A DNA stretch of 64,000 bases from a virus: the IMG/VR virus record IMGVR_UViG_3300033141_002688, positions 5,302 through 69,301 of that record; one strand, 5' to 3'. Shown here one piece after another: positions 40,409 through 50,684 of this stretch. A program made the translations under genes and the position numbers. The notes under the pieces are model-generated. The model did not search any database. It worked only from the letters and a program-made list of their open reading frames with translations, and was not told where the DNA came from. The stretch's first letter is position 1. Every line of letters begins with the position of its first letter.

Positions 40409-40411
40409 ATC

Positions 40412-42055
40412 CTAAATTGTCAATTCAAATTTCATATTTCCACAATCAAATATTCTATAATAACCATTCTCATTCATATTCTCAACTTCTGTTTTATTCG
40501 GATTGAATGTTTTTAATTTTTTATTCAATACACTCTTTCTAAAATTGAATCTATGAATCAAATTATAAGGATTTTTTAATGAGAAATACCAATAATTAGG
40601 ATCAGTATAATGTACAAAATTAAAACCTAATCTCTTATAAAGATTACCATCACTCCAGCGTCTATCTGCATAAGAGATTATTTTAATAGGATTGTAATTA
40701 CTAATGAAATATTTCAATAGCTTAGATGCTACTCCAACTACCCTAAAATTATAATTAGAACAGAATCGGTCAAGTTCATAAGTGTTAATTTCACTTTTGG
40801 AACCCTTAGCAATATTAAGTTTTCTAAAAGTCATAACTGATACTAACTCATCATTATGAAAAGCACCTAGTTTCACTGTTGAACCGTTGTATCCTTGAAG
40901 ATGAAACTTATCAATAAAATTTCTGGCTGATTTAGCGTCTATCTTTCTTACTGTACAATTTCTAGCAAAGATTACTTCAGCTTCACTAATATTTAGAATA
41001 TCTTTTAACCTTCTTTTTACTATTTCTTTTTTCAACATCCATTCATTTTCAAATATAGTGATGAGTCTATAATTATTAGAATTACATCTTTCCAATTTGT
41101 CCAATTGACATTTCTTATTCTTTCTAACTTCATTAGAGTGCCAATACAAACCACAAAACTCAATAGCCGTCTTTTTGCTTGGGATCACTATATCTAGTTC
41201 AAGTGGTTTGATTAAAGTTCTGTCATTGTTTACTATGTCTGAGAAATTAGGTTTTAGGAAATTAAATAGTTCGTGTTCCATCTGTGAAGTATTTGAATTA
41301 CACTGAGGGCATCTTCTGCCTTGTTGCCACTCGTTCCACCGAATATCGTGTTGATGACCATTAGGACAGACATATTTTAATTTCTCCTTACTATTGCTAT
41401 ATTCCTTAGTTAATAATTTGTAACCTTCCTTTTCAAATGATTTTCCTATTTCTTCTATAGTTTTTCTCATATTTCCTGCACAATAAGGACACCTGACTCC
41501 TCGTTGCCAGGCACTCCATTTTATTAAATGTTTGTGTCCCTGAGGACAGATATACTCTAATTTTTGCCTACTATTTTTGTATTCTTGAGTCAGTAGAGTA
41601 TATCCTTCCTTTTCAAACGCTTGTTTTACAGAATCCAATCCTAATCTAGTTTCATTCATTTTACAATATTTACACCTACTTCCTTGTTTCCACCTTTTCC
41701 AAGTAATATAATATCTATGACCATTTGAACATATAAATTCAAGTTTTTGATATTGATTTTCATATTTCCTAGTTAGAAGTTTATACCCTTCTTTTTCAAA
41801 TTCCTTTCTTATAAAATCAATTGTTAATTTCTTCTTATCTGATCTTTCTATCACCCCACAAATGTTACATCTATGACCTTGTTGCCACTCATTCCATCGT
41901 ATTAAACCTATATGATTATTAGGACAAATATATTTCAACTTTTGTTTATTATTTTCATATTCTTCGGTTAGAAGAACATAACCTTCATTATTAAATTGAG
42001 ATTTTATAAATTCCAGATCAAGTCTCTTCATAAAACCTACTTCTAGCTCCATCAA
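40412..42055 (-). mobile_element. Putative homing endonuclease: four zinc-ribbon repeats + very-short-patch/Hef-like nuclease + C-terminal GNAT-like domain
   Basis: Same repeats as 3944-5227; S..E.EL...ELDI...AIEFCGLYWHS...K...C...LITIFENEW; C-terminal SYADRRWS.G.LY..LGF...IFDCG. Confidence 0.8.
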
Positions 42056-43697
42056 ATGTCAAGATTGATTTTCCTCCCTGTGAAAATCTACTTTTTGGAA
42101 TTACAATAGAAGTTTCTGGAGAAAATACTTCATTAGATAAATTAGATTTAGTTTTGGCTCTATACATCAGGATAATATCATCAGCATCAGCAGGTATTGC
42201 TGCACTTCCTTTCAAGTCATCCATTATTAACTCTCTACCCCCTGTTTTACGAGGTTGAGATACTAATAAAAATGGAATATCTAAATCCATAGTTATATCT
42301 TTGAACATACCACTAGCCTTTGCCATATCAGATTCTTCACCGGTTCTAATCATTCTTTGAAGATTATCAAATATACCAAATTCAACTCCATATCTATTCC
42401 TAACTTCTTTCATTGTTTCGTAGAATACTGAAGGTTTTATTCTAGGAGAATAACCAAAATAAAGTGGTAAGTCTTTTAATTCTTGTTGATAAATCAGAGC
42501 ATCTGAATAATCAACTTCTTCAAGTGTAAAACCATAATGGAGTTGTATGATCTTTGTTACTAAACTGATCTCTGACATCTCCAGACAGAATACAAGTGAT
42601 GGTAATTTATATTCCTTGGCAAAATGGTATGCTATTTGAATTGACATACTTGTTTTTCCTACACCAGGACTGCCACCGAGTACAGTTAACCTACTCCTAG
42701 CAAACCCCCCATTGAGAAGTCTATTAATATTTTTCCAAGGCAAAGCAAACTTCTCCTGTATATCCTCATCTTGAGATTTTTCATACATTTGAAGGAAGAC
42801 TTCTTTGATAGATGAAACACCAACTACTTCAAATCTTTTTGCCTCTTTTATTAGTTTTTCAAAATCTTCCTTTGTATATGACATGAAAAATTTATTAACA
42901 TCATATCCCTTTGGTAAAAGAACATTCCAGCATTTTCCTCTTCCAAGTCGTGTAGCCCACACTTTCTCTGCTGCTTTCTGACCTGGGAGATCTGGATCGA
43001 AAATCAAATAGAGTTTTTCTTTTAACCTTAATCTCTCCTGCCATTCTGGTAGTAAAGTACCAGCACCACCGGTAATTCCCACCACGTTTTCATAGCCATT
43101 CTGTATTAATGTTATAGTATCAATTTCCCCTTCCTGAATAAACAGTTCATTATATTTTTCTATAACATCTCCATTAAATAATATACTCTTACCACCTTTT
43201 TCTCTTTTATATTTATCCATTTCGGGATTCTCAGGTGGAATCTGGCGATATTTGATGTTTTTTGGTATTCCATCTTCATAAATCGGAATAGATATCCAAT
43301 CATGGTTATCAAAATGAATAAAACCAAGTTTAAATCTTTTTATCATTTCATCTGATATATTCCTTGAATAAATATATTTCATACCTTTGCTTGACTTTAA
43401 AAGATTTTTATGATATCTCTCAACTTGTATTGAATAATCTGGATCATCTGTTTTTTGTTTTACTAATCTTGAGATTGGGACTATATCTCCCCAAAGTTCC
43501 TTTAACTTTGAAAAATGCCCACGTGCATATACATTCTCAGGCTCTTTAGCTTCACATCTAAAACAATGGTATACTAAACTCTCAGTATTAATATAAAGCT
43601 TCTCTTTTCCACAATTTGGGCATTTAATTATTACTTCCTTACCACTTATTTTGTATTCTATATTTTTTTTATCAAGATAAGATATTACTTCTTCCAT
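42018..43697 (-). CDS. Primase-helicase fusion (zinc finger + TOPRIM + DnaB-type SF4 helicase)
   Basis: CPNC...CFRC, EGEIDT and FDPD (TOPRIM), GSPGVGKT Walker A, CLEMS, DNLQ, LVSQ, DLKGSAAI..DAD, KSRF. Confidence 0.92.
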   Translation of the reverse strand: MEEVISYLDKKNIEYKISGKEVIIKCPNCGKEKLYINTESLVYHCFRCEAKEPENVYARGHFSKLKELWGDIVPISRLVKQKTDDPDYSIQVERYHKNLLKSSKGMKYIYSRNISDEMIKRFKLGFIHFDNHDWISIPIYEDGIPKNIKYRQIPPENPEMDKYKREKGGKSILFNGDVIEKYNELFIQEGEIDTITLIQNGYENVVGITGGAGTLLPEWQERLRLKEKLYLIFDPDLPGQKAAEKVWATRLGRGKCWNVLLPKGYDVNKFFMSYTKEDFEKLIKEAKRFEVVGVSSIKEVFLQMYEKSQDEDIQEKFALPWKNINRLLNGGFARSRLTVLGGSPGVGKTSMSIQIAYHFAKEYKLPSLVFCLEMSEISLVTKIIQLHYGFTLEEVDYSDALIYQQELKDLPLYFGYSPRIKPSVFYETMKEVRNRYGVEFGIFDNLQRMIRTGEESDMAKASGMFKDITMDLDIPFLLVSQPRKTGGRELIMDDLKGSAAIPADADDIILMYRAKTKSNLSNEVFSPETSIVIPKSRFSQGGKSILTFDGARSRFYEET

Positions 43698-44044
43698 TCA
43701 AGTTTTCTCCTTAATTCTACACCTAATTCTTTTCTTTTTATTATATGATGTGCTAAAAGTAGAATCACCTTCTGCATTAACATTTTATAACCTTCAGAAG
43801 AGAAATCATGGAGACTGGAAAATACAAAATTGTCATCTTTTGAAAAAAGAGTACTTTCGGAAAAATCAAACTGTAAATATAAATATGGAAGATCAACATA
43901 TAATATGTCCCATTTAATATTGTAAGACCTACATAATTCTTTAAATATCATGTCTAAATCATCTTCAGGCAGACTATCAAATGGAGATAGAATATCATCT
44001 TTCAATCTATATAAATCATCTAATTTATCAAGGTTGTATTTCAT
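43685..44044 (-). CDS. Hypothetical protein with C-terminal LRxKLE tag
   Basis: Ends GVELRRKLEWKK. Confidence 0.55.
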   Translation of the reverse strand: MKYNLDKLDDLYRLKDDILSPFDSLPEDDLDMIFKELCRSYNIKWDILYVDLPYLYLQFDFSESTLFSKDDNFVFSSLHDFSSEGYKMLMQKVILLLAHHIIKRKELGVELRRKLEWKK

Positions 44045-44291
44045 ATAAACCCAAGTTTTTTATTAGTTCTTTTCTAGTTAAATTTGGTAAATAAGATTTA
44101 TAATATATGAATAGGAAATCAATCTCCAAAGAATATAATAATGGTGGTGTCTTTTTCAATAAAACATTTTCTATTTCTACAGGAGAAAAAAAGAAATGGC
44201 GTTTTGAGAAGATATTCTCTAACCGCATCCTTAATAAAACTGCATCCCTATATCTTGTTAAGTCATTTAAAGTATAATTATATTTCTTCAT
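44028..44291 (-). CDS. LRxKLE family A protein
   Basis: YTLNDLTRYRDAVLLRMRLEN...YYKSYLPNLTRKELIKNLG. Confidence 0.7.
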   Translation of the reverse strand: MKKYNYTLNDLTRYRDAVLLRMRLENIFSKRHFFFSPVEIENVLLKKTPPLLYSLEIDFLFIYYKSYLPNLTRKELIKNLGLYEIQP

Positions 44292-45489
44292 TTAAGATTT
44301 TCAGCCATTTATTTTTGTTTTCTTGCCAGTATTGAAATAATTTATCAGCTTCTCTATAATATTCACTTTTTTGCTGTCTGAAAAGTAATGCTACTATACT
44401 ATACTCAATTTTATCAATCTGGAACTTATCCTTTACTTTTTTATTTCCATAAACATAATATTTAAGCACATCTCTAATATCCTGATCTGAATACTCTATT
44501 TCAGACATATCATAGTCATAATATCTATAGTTATCTTTGTCATACGGATGGTTAGGGTTATATTTTCCTTCTGTTAATATTGGATGGAAATGTTGCTTAA
44601 TATAGTTGATTATTTTATCTGTAGCTTTAAATTTATTTAAGTCTTTATTTGGCAGAAACAATTTGAATCCTCCACCATTCTGTAAACCTTTCTCAATAAA
44701 ATGAATTAAATTTTTGTATTTGTATTTGTAATAATAATTGTCATCTAATAGAATTTTTTTATAGTTTTTAATAGATGAAATAATATCATCTGAAGAGTAT
44801 TCTTTAAGAGCTTTAATTAAGATATTAGGAGGCTGATGATGGCCATGGATTCCTGTTGTGTTCTGAAAAGATTCATTCCAAACTTGGAGTATATTTTCTA
44901 TTTCTGGAGTAGTATTAATATCTACTGACTCTGTTATGAAACGGTCATCAAAAAAAGTCGAATTTTCGACATCGCCAGATGTCGAATTTTCTTTTATATT
45001 TTCTTTTATACTTTTCTTTAAAGTTTCTTTTAGGCTCTGGAAATCCTTACCAATATTGGCTCTCCGCCGATTTCTGTTATCATTTTGATAACTTTTGTTA
45101 TCATTTTGATAACTAGAGTTATCATTTTGATAACTAGAGTTATCATTTTGATAACTTGTATCATTTTGATAACTGTCACATTGTGGTATCCATTCCTTGT
45201 AATGTTCATTAAATTGGTAAACATTTTTTTCTCTTAATTTTAACTTTTTCTCTTTTACCATTTTGTTTATTATTCTACTGCAATTACCTTTTTTCATATC
45301 AATATCAAGAGCTATTTTTGAAATTGGAATTGGTTGTGTCCAATCTTGTCGCCTATTTTTCCAATCAAATCCCCAAGACCACCTAATAATATATAGTGCA
45401 ATTTGCATCTCATTTTTAGTAAGTAAACCTTTTGCAAAGATATTAATAAGAACATCATTTTTTATTGGAGTTGAATTTTTAGGTATCAT
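44278..45489 (-). CDS. Replication initiator, lambda O / Phage_rep_O-like, containing the iteron array
   Basis: N-terminal L.K.E..I..YIIR.SWGF...wHTH...Y.FN..Y..W; central SYQND repeats; KET.KK.IKEN linker. Confidence 0.8.
   Translation of the reverse strand: MIPKNSTPIKNDVLINIFAKGLLTKNEMQIALYIIRWSWGFDWKNRRQDWTQPIPISKIALDIDMKKGNCSRIINKMVKEKKLKLREKNVYQFNEHYKEWIPQCDSYQNDTSYQNDNSSYQNDNSSYQNDNKSYQNDNRNRRRANIGKDFQSLKETLKKSIKENIKENSTSGDVENSTFFDDRFITESVDINTTPEIENILQVWNESFQNTTGIHGHHQPPNILIKALKEYSSDDIISSIKNYKKILLDDNYYYKYKYKNLIHFIEKGLQNGGGFKLFLPNKDLNKFKATDKIINYIKQHFHPILTEGKYNPNHPYDKDNYRYYDYDMSEIEYSDQDIRDVLKYYVYGNKKVKDKFQIDKIEYSIVALLFRQQKSEYYREADKLFQYWQENKNKWLKILNEEI
45076..45173. repeat. Five palindromic iterons GTTATCA-TTT-TGATAAC (21-bp period); probable replication origin
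   Basis: Copies start at 45076, 45097, 45118, 45139, with a variant at 45157; inside the O-like gene and next to an A/T-rich tract. Confidence 0.85.
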
Positions 45490-45564
45490 AGCATTCGTTT
45501 TTAAAAAACTCCTTTAATTTTTCAAAAATTGGTGCTGTGTATTGTGAGTTATAAGAAGATTTGG

Positions 45565-45756
45565 TTACTTTTCAAATTCCTTTCTAAACTCCTCTTGTAT
45601 TTCATAATATTTTTTATTTTCCAATTTCATTCTCAGAATAAATCCTTTAAGTTGTTCTTTAGTTATTTCTTGAGAAGTAGGGAATTGATAAGAGTCATTT
45701 CCAATATTGAATAATATATATTTCTCATCAAAATCTATTGGAATATTACGAGTCAT
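45565..45756 (-). CDS. LRxKLE family B protein (minimal, 63 aa)
   Basis: ITKEQLKGFILRMKLENK. Confidence 0.6.
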   Translation of the reverse strand: MTRNIPIDFDEKYILFNIGNDSYQFPTSQEITKEQLKGFILRMKLENKKYYEIQEEFRKEFEK

Positions 45757-45930
45757 TATCTTTTAAAGTGTGACCTTAATAAATCCATTGTTTCTTTTAA
45801 ATAGTTTACTACATCTTCTTTAGGTTTCTTTTCATCATCATAATAGATTTTAATTTCAAATGAATATTCTCCTTTAGTATTTCTAATTACCTTTACTGAA
45901 CTTTGTTTTTCAAATTGCTTTTCTTCCATT

Positions 45931-46239
45931 TTAACCTCCTTGCTTTCTAGCATAAACTTTTCTATCTATAGATCTGTCTATGGATAATTTGGTGGAATAC
46001 CCTAATAAATTTAATAACTTCTTTCTATTTAGTTTTGGTAAGTAAGATTTATAATATTTATATAGTATCTTGATTTCTTCAGGGAAAAGAAATCCCATGG
46101 GCTTTTCTGGATATTTAAGCGTACGTTCTATGAAATCTATATTTATTGAGGGATTCTTTTGACGTTCTAATCCTTCAAGTTTCATCCTCAATAGTATAAC
46201 ATCTTTATATTTTCTTAAATCTTCGATTACGTAATTCAT
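45931..46239 (-). CDS. LRxKLE family A protein
   Basis: MNYVIEDLRKYKDVILLRMKLEG...YYKSYLPKLNRKKLLNLLGYS. Confidence 0.7.
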   Translation of the reverse strand: MNYVIEDLRKYKDVILLRMKLEGLERQKNPSINIDFIERTLKYPEKPMGFLFPEEIKILYKYYKSYLPKLNRKKLLNLLGYSTKLSIDRSIDRKVYARKQGG

Positions 46240-46702
46240 TCAGATTTGTATATTTGGGACTTAATCTAGATCTATCCATATACCTATGTCTTAAGTAATT
46301 CTCTCTTAACTTTGATTCTGTTTTATATCTTTCTCTTTTAGGATATAGAATCTCTTCAGGCAATCCTAAAGATTTATTCTCTAATTTAGACCTTAATAAA
46401 TATCCTTGTAATTCTTTTCCTAGTTTACTATTTTTCTTTATTTTTCTATACTTAAAGGCTTTTTCTGAATCTGTAGCAATACTCATAGCGTTGAATGTTT
46501 CCAACTGTCTTAGAAAGAATCTCATACAATTGATACAGATGTTTTCATATCGTGGTTTCTTAAATTCGGTTCCTTGATTACCTACAAAGTATATAAAACC
46601 TCTCCAACCATTTAGCATTGACAGATGGTATTCGTGTGGAAAAATTTTATTACCACAATAGTGACATTTTCTAGTTCGTTTTGCTTTACATAGACTAAGC
46701 AT
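46205..46702 (-). CDS. Zinc-finger protein carrying the LRxKLE motif
   Basis: CHYC...CINC; ELQGYLLRSKLENK. Confidence 0.6.
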   Translation of the reverse strand: MLSLCKAKRTRKCHYCGNKIFPHEYHLSMLNGWRGFIYFVGNQGTEFKKPRYENICINCMRFFLRQLETFNAMSIATDSEKAFKYRKIKKNSKLGKELQGYLLRSKLENKSLGLPEEILYPKRERYKTESKLRENYLRHRYMDRSRLSPKYTNLNELRNRRFKKI

Positions 46703-46904
46703 AGACTCTTACCTTTCCTTCCAATTTCTTTCTTAAAATTATACCATCTAGTTTCTTTTTGATTCTACCAAATTTAGGGATTCTTTCTATCACATGATGC
46801 ATTGTTTCATTACTAGTATTGACTTGCCAAACTATATAATTAATAGTAGGATCAATAAATACTCTACTTGAATCTTCAATCTGTCTTAAATCATTATCAT
46901 TCAT
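46695..46904 (-). CDS. LRxKLE family B protein
   Basis: KLDGIILRKKLEGK. Confidence 0.6.
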   Translation of the reverse strand: MNDNDLRQIEDSSRVFIDPTINYIVWQVNTSNETMHHVIERIPKFGRIKKKLDGIILRKKLEGKVRVYA

Positions 46905-48328
46905 TTTAAGAATCTATTAGCTCCATACTTTAAAATCATATCTGCAACTTTTTTATTACCTTCCAAGGTTTTCAATATCTTCTCATCAATTGTATTTTTC
47001 ATTATTAAGTCAATATATACACAATGACTTTTTTGTCCTATCCTATGGATTCTACCAGTAGCTTGTTGCCTGACATCCAATGACCAGGTATTTTCATAGA
47101 ATATCATATATTGATTTTTACTGATAGAATTTTCTTTGAATAATTCTATTCCTAATCCACCACTTTCAATTTGTCCTATAAATACTTTAATTTCTTTACT
47201 TTTCTGAAATGTCTTCCATTTAATATATTTATTTTTATCTTGACCTGACATAGTAATACATTTGATTCCCTCATTTTTTAATCGTTTTTTGATCATATCA
47301 ATTGAGTGAAGGAATCTGCACCATACTATTACTGATTCTTCTGCATCTAGTACTATTTGGATCTGCTCAATTAAGGCATCAAGTTTAGGCTTAAGTTCTA
47401 GTTCCTGAATAGCTCCACTTACTTCATCTCTTATAAATCCACTTGTAACCTGCTGTAATCTTAATAATTTGGTTAATATATTATTAACTCTAAATTGAGC
47501 AGATCCTTCAAGTGTTCTGATTTCTCCTAAAACCTCACTTTGAATTTTCTTATAGATTTTTTCTAGTTCGTAAGGCATCTGGAGTTCATATTTATTAAAT
47601 ATCTGTTTAGGTAAATCAATACATTCCTTTTTTGATTTCATTACACAACATGAGAAGATGGCTTCATTTAGAGCTTTTGAATATTGTGGTTTAAATATCC
47701 ATTTAGGCCACCTTCTTCCTCTACCCACTAAAACCTTTCTGAAGAATAAATTGCGGTATTTATAAAAATTTCTACCTAAAGTTTTACCACCATCCAGAAT
47801 TCTGAGTTGTGACCATACATCTAAAGGTCTATTTGCTATTGGAGTAGCAGTTAATAGTAATCTGTATGGAGTAATATCTGCAAGTTTAATAGCTGCTCTT
47901 GTTCTTTTTGCTCCAATATTTTTAATATATCTTGCAGATTCATCAAAGATTATCCCATCTGCTTTTAGTTTAAGTATCTCTTCAAAAAATAGATGTAAAG
48001 CTTCATAATTAATAATAAAAAACTGGTAATTACTCTTCTGCCTGAATTTTTGTAATCTTGATTCTCTTAAGCCATGTAGAACTATTGAAGAATATTCAGA
48101 ATGTAGTTTAACTTCTTTATCCCAGTTATAGAGGATGGATGTAGGACATACTATAAGAACACGGTTTACTTGTCCCTGCTGAATTCTATACCTCATTATA
48201 TCTATTGAACATTTTGTCTTACCTAATCCAAGATCAAGTAATAATCCTAGTGAGTTGTTCTCTATCCCTTTCTTCCATACTTCATATTGAAAACTATATG
48301 GTTCAGTAATAAATTTAAAATCTGTCAT
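46901..48328 (-). CDS. SNF2-family helicase
   Basis: DLGLGKT, NYE, DES, TATPI.N, RLQQ, GGLGI.L, QATGRIHRIGQ. Confidence 0.92.
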   Translation of the reverse strand: MTDFKFITEPYSFQYEVWKKGIENNSLGLLLDLGLGKTKCSIDIMRYRIQQGQVNRVLIVCPTSILYNWDKEVKLHSEYSSIVLHGLRESRLQKFRQKSNYQFFIINYEALHLFFEEILKLKADGIIFDESARYIKNIGAKRTRAAIKLADITPYRLLLTATPIANRPLDVWSQLRILDGGKTLGRNFYKYRNLFFRKVLVGRGRRWPKWIFKPQYSKALNEAIFSCCVMKSKKECIDLPKQIFNKYELQMPYELEKIYKKIQSEVLGEIRTLEGSAQFRVNNILTKLLRLQQVTSGFIRDEVSGAIQELELKPKLDALIEQIQIVLDAEESVIVWCRFLHSIDMIKKRLKNEGIKCITMSGQDKNKYIKWKTFQKSKEIKVFIGQIESGGLGIELFKENSISKNQYMIFYENTWSLDVRQQATGRIHRIGQKSHCVYIDLIMKNTIDEKILKTLEGNKKVADMILKYGANRFLK

Positions 48329-48336
48329 TCTGTTTC

Positions 48337-48364
48337 ATTATAATCATTATTTTTGATTTGTCAA
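48337..48364 (-). promoter_or_regulatory. Sigma70-type promoter TTGACA-N16-TATAAT; SNF2 gene likely leaderless
   Basis: TTGACA aatcaaaaataatgat TATAAT, 8 nt before ATG 48328, no SD. Confidence 0.75.
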
Positions 48365-48372
48365 TAACAAAT

Positions 48373-48412
48373 TGAGCTACCTGAGTTTGGGCCGCTAAAC
48401 TCAGGTAGCTCA
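48373..48412. terminator. Perfect 16-bp hairpin (terminator or small-RNA 3' stem)
   Basis: TGAGCTACCTGAGTTT-GGGCCGCT-AAACTCAGGTAGCTCA. Confidence 0.75.
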
Positions 48413-48454
48413 GTTAGATGGTGATGACTCCCTTGCAAAGGAAAAGTTATTAAT

Positions 48455-48482
48455 AATATAATCATCGTAGTTTATTTGTCAA
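48455..48482 (-). promoter_or_regulatory. Sigma70-type promoter TTGACA-N16-TATATT upstream of a non-coding hairpin region
   Basis: TTGACA aataaactacgatgat TATATT. Confidence 0.6.
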
Positions 48483-49162
48483 GAGTTGCATACTATTTTA
48501 AATCCTCTTTCTGTTTTCAATAGATAAAAGTGAAAATATGTTGATATTTTTGAATATTTGCTAATAGTCTGAGAATCTGCCTGGAATTTTTGTTTAATAA
48601 ATCTTTGAAGATAACGAGAATATTCAGTATGAGTAAGTGGCCATAGACGTTTTGAATTATCTATAAGTCTATTATTTCCTCTTTTCTTTCTTATACTATT
48701 GTACTCTTTAAATATTCGTGCTAACATTGTTTTACTCAGTCTTGGTAAATGAGTCTTATAACTTTTTATTACTATATCAGGAATTGCTGAATAATCCCAA
48801 TAGGTATATTTTGTTGGATCTTGAAGAAAGTTAATAATCACTTCATTCTCTTTTAATTTTGGAGATAACTGATAGTTTAGGAGTGCAACTTTTCTATACT
48901 TCATTATATCAGTCATTGTATAATCTTTTCTCTTTTTCTTTGGTACGTAAGCTGACATCTTCTGATAGCAGTTTGAGCATTTTATAAACTTCTTTGGAGG
49001 ATTCCATCGGCATAATTTATAGTAAGCTTCTCCCTTCTCAATTCTCTCTTTACATACATCGCAATAAATTTCTTCTGATCCTCCCCAATTAATTCTATAA
49101 CTATACCCCATCTTATTTCTCCTTAATATATTTTGATTACTTCTCCAAATGGAGTTTTCCAA
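48479..49162 (-). CDS. Zinc-finger protein fused to a degenerate family A domain
   Basis: CDVC...CSNC, then DYTMTDIMKYRKVALL...SYKTHLPRLSK; likely start at MGYSY (~49111). Confidence 0.55.
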   Translation of the reverse strand: MENSIWRSNQNILRRNKMGYSYRINWGGSEEIYCDVCKERIEKGEAYYKLCRWNPPKKFIKCSNCYQKMSAYVPKKKRKDYTMTDIMKYRKVALLNYQLSPKLKENEVIINFLQDPTKYTYWDYSAIPDIVIKSYKTHLPRLSKTMLARIFKEYNSIRKKRGNNRLIDNSKRLWPLTHTEYSRYLQRFIKQKFQADSQTISKYSKISTYFHFYLLKTERGFKIVCNS

Positions 49163-50265
49163 TTGGTTTCGTCATTGGAAGTAGTAGATCCCAAAATCCA
49201 CAATACTGGATAATCAGGAATTTCTCTTGGGAATGAATCACAATAACCATCAGTATAATAAATAACACATAGTGGTTCGATTCCCTGTTCTTGTAGCCAT
49301 TCAAACCCAGGTTTATAATCAGTTCCACCACCACCTTTAGGATGAAGGTTTAAAGGTACGTCATTTTGAGTAATAACTTCGTGGCCTGCAACATGAGAAT
49401 CTACATAAATTATTAGTAACTCAAGCTTTGGAAACATTGATAAAATTCCCATTATTTCGGATGCACACTCAGTAATTTCTTTTTTTCCTTGACTCCCTGA
49501 AGTATCCGCAAGGAAAACTATTTTTCCAACTTCTTGAGAATATAAACTAGGTAAATAGAAACCCTGCTGAATCCATTTTTTATTCGGGAGTTTCCAACTA
49601 TAATCATCTTTGACAGTAGTGGTTATAAATCTGGCTAAAATTTCTCTCCAAGGTAATCTAGCTCTCCTCAGTCTATCCATCAGTCTTTCTACTTCTGCTG
49701 GTACACTTCCTTGCATCTTAGATGCTGCATAAGCTTGAGATACCATCATGTCAACTTGTTGAGATGCCTTTTTTAAATCTCCATTTCCCTTTTTTGGATA
49801 TGGTTTTACCATACCATGCTGATTCATTTTTTCACTTGCTACAAGAATTTGTTTGATATTGTTACGTTGTAGGAGTAATTCATAGATTTCTTCTGCTGTT
49901 TTTCCTTCTACTTCTGATAATCTTATATTAAAAGATTTAACTATTTTTTCAAGGTTTGGATTGTTCAGTAAACCTGCCTTATGAAGAACAGGGTCTATTG
50001 TTAAATCTGCTGCTATATTCCATATTTCTAAAGCGAATTCATGTTTGTTAGAACATAATTCGGCAAATCTTATATGATGTTTAGCTATAATGTGCCAGGC
50101 TTCATGGATAAGAACTCCTCTTATTTCCTCTACTGTTTTTCCTTCTATCCATCTTGGGTCAATTAATATAGATAATCCGTCTGTAGCCATTGTTGGAATT
50201 TCTTTTTCTACTTCTTTTCCATTCTCTATTGTTAATACCTTAAAATCTGTCTTTTCAATTTTCAT
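49123..50265 (-). CDS. DUF2201-type HExxH metallopeptidase + vWA domain protein
   Basis: TMATDG, HEAWH, WNIAAD, LPWREIL, DTSGS (MIDAS), GGGGTDY, YYTDG, PVLW. Homology extends in frame to ~50350 without a start codon. Confidence 0.85.
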   Translation of the reverse strand: MKIEKTDFKVLTIENGKEVEKEIPTMATDGLSILIDPRWIEGKTVEEIRGVLIHEAWHIIAKHHIRFAELCSNKHEFALEIWNIAADLTIDPVLHKAGLLNNPNLEKIVKSFNIRLSEVEGKTAEEIYELLLQRNNIKQILVASEKMNQHGMVKPYPKKGNGDLKKASQQVDMMVSQAYAASKMQGSVPAEVERLMDRLRRARLPWREILARFITTTVKDDYSWKLPNKKWIQQGFYLPSLYSQEVGKIVFLADTSGSQGKKEITECASEIMGILSMFPKLELLIIYVDSHVAGHEVITQNDVPLNLHPKGGGGTDYKPGFEWLQEQGIEPLCVIYYTDGYCDSFPREIPDYPVLWILGSTTSNDETNWKTPFGEVIKIY

Positions 50266-50345
50266 ATCAAGTCTATAGAGAATTGTTGCATAAAAGGAAA
50301 GAACAGAATCTAAGATTAAAGAAGATTTAGCTTTTTGAATTTTAT

Positions 50346-50684
50346 CTAAATCCTTATTTCTCTAAAGTATACGATGTGATGATTATCAAATAATCTAATA
50401 GTTTTAGTGGAAAATCCCAATGATTTCAATAGCTTAGTCTTAGTTAATTTAGGTAAATGTGGTTTATAACACTTCAATAGAAAGTCTACTTCCCAAGTAT
50501 AAAGATAACTAATATCACAACTTTCAGGTTCCCATATAATATCCTTAATCATTTCACTAGGGAGTCTTAGTTTACCACCATATTCATGGTATCCTTTGAA
50601 ATTTTCAAGTTTGAGTCTCAAAAGTATAGCTTCTCTACATCTTTTTAAATCTTTTATAGTATATCTAATTATATTTCGGTGCAT
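50346..50684 (-). CDS. LRxKLE family A protein; close paralogue of 63259-63579
   Basis: YTIKDLKRCREAILLRLKLENFKG...LLKCYKPHLPKLTKT. Confidence 0.7.
   Translation of the reverse strand: MHRNIIRYTIKDLKRCREAILLRLKLENFKGYHEYGGKLRLPSEMIKDIIWEPESCDISYLYTWEVDFLLKCYKPHLPKLTKTKLLKSLGFSTKTIRLFDNHHIVYFREIRI

Noticed and set aside
45076-45173. Possible CRISPR array
   Set aside because: Repeats are separated by only 1-4 bp, with no unique spacers and no cas genes; these are iterons.
45030-45224. Alternative-frame ORF with VIKMIT repeats
   Set aside because: By-product of the palindromic iterons inside the initiator gene.
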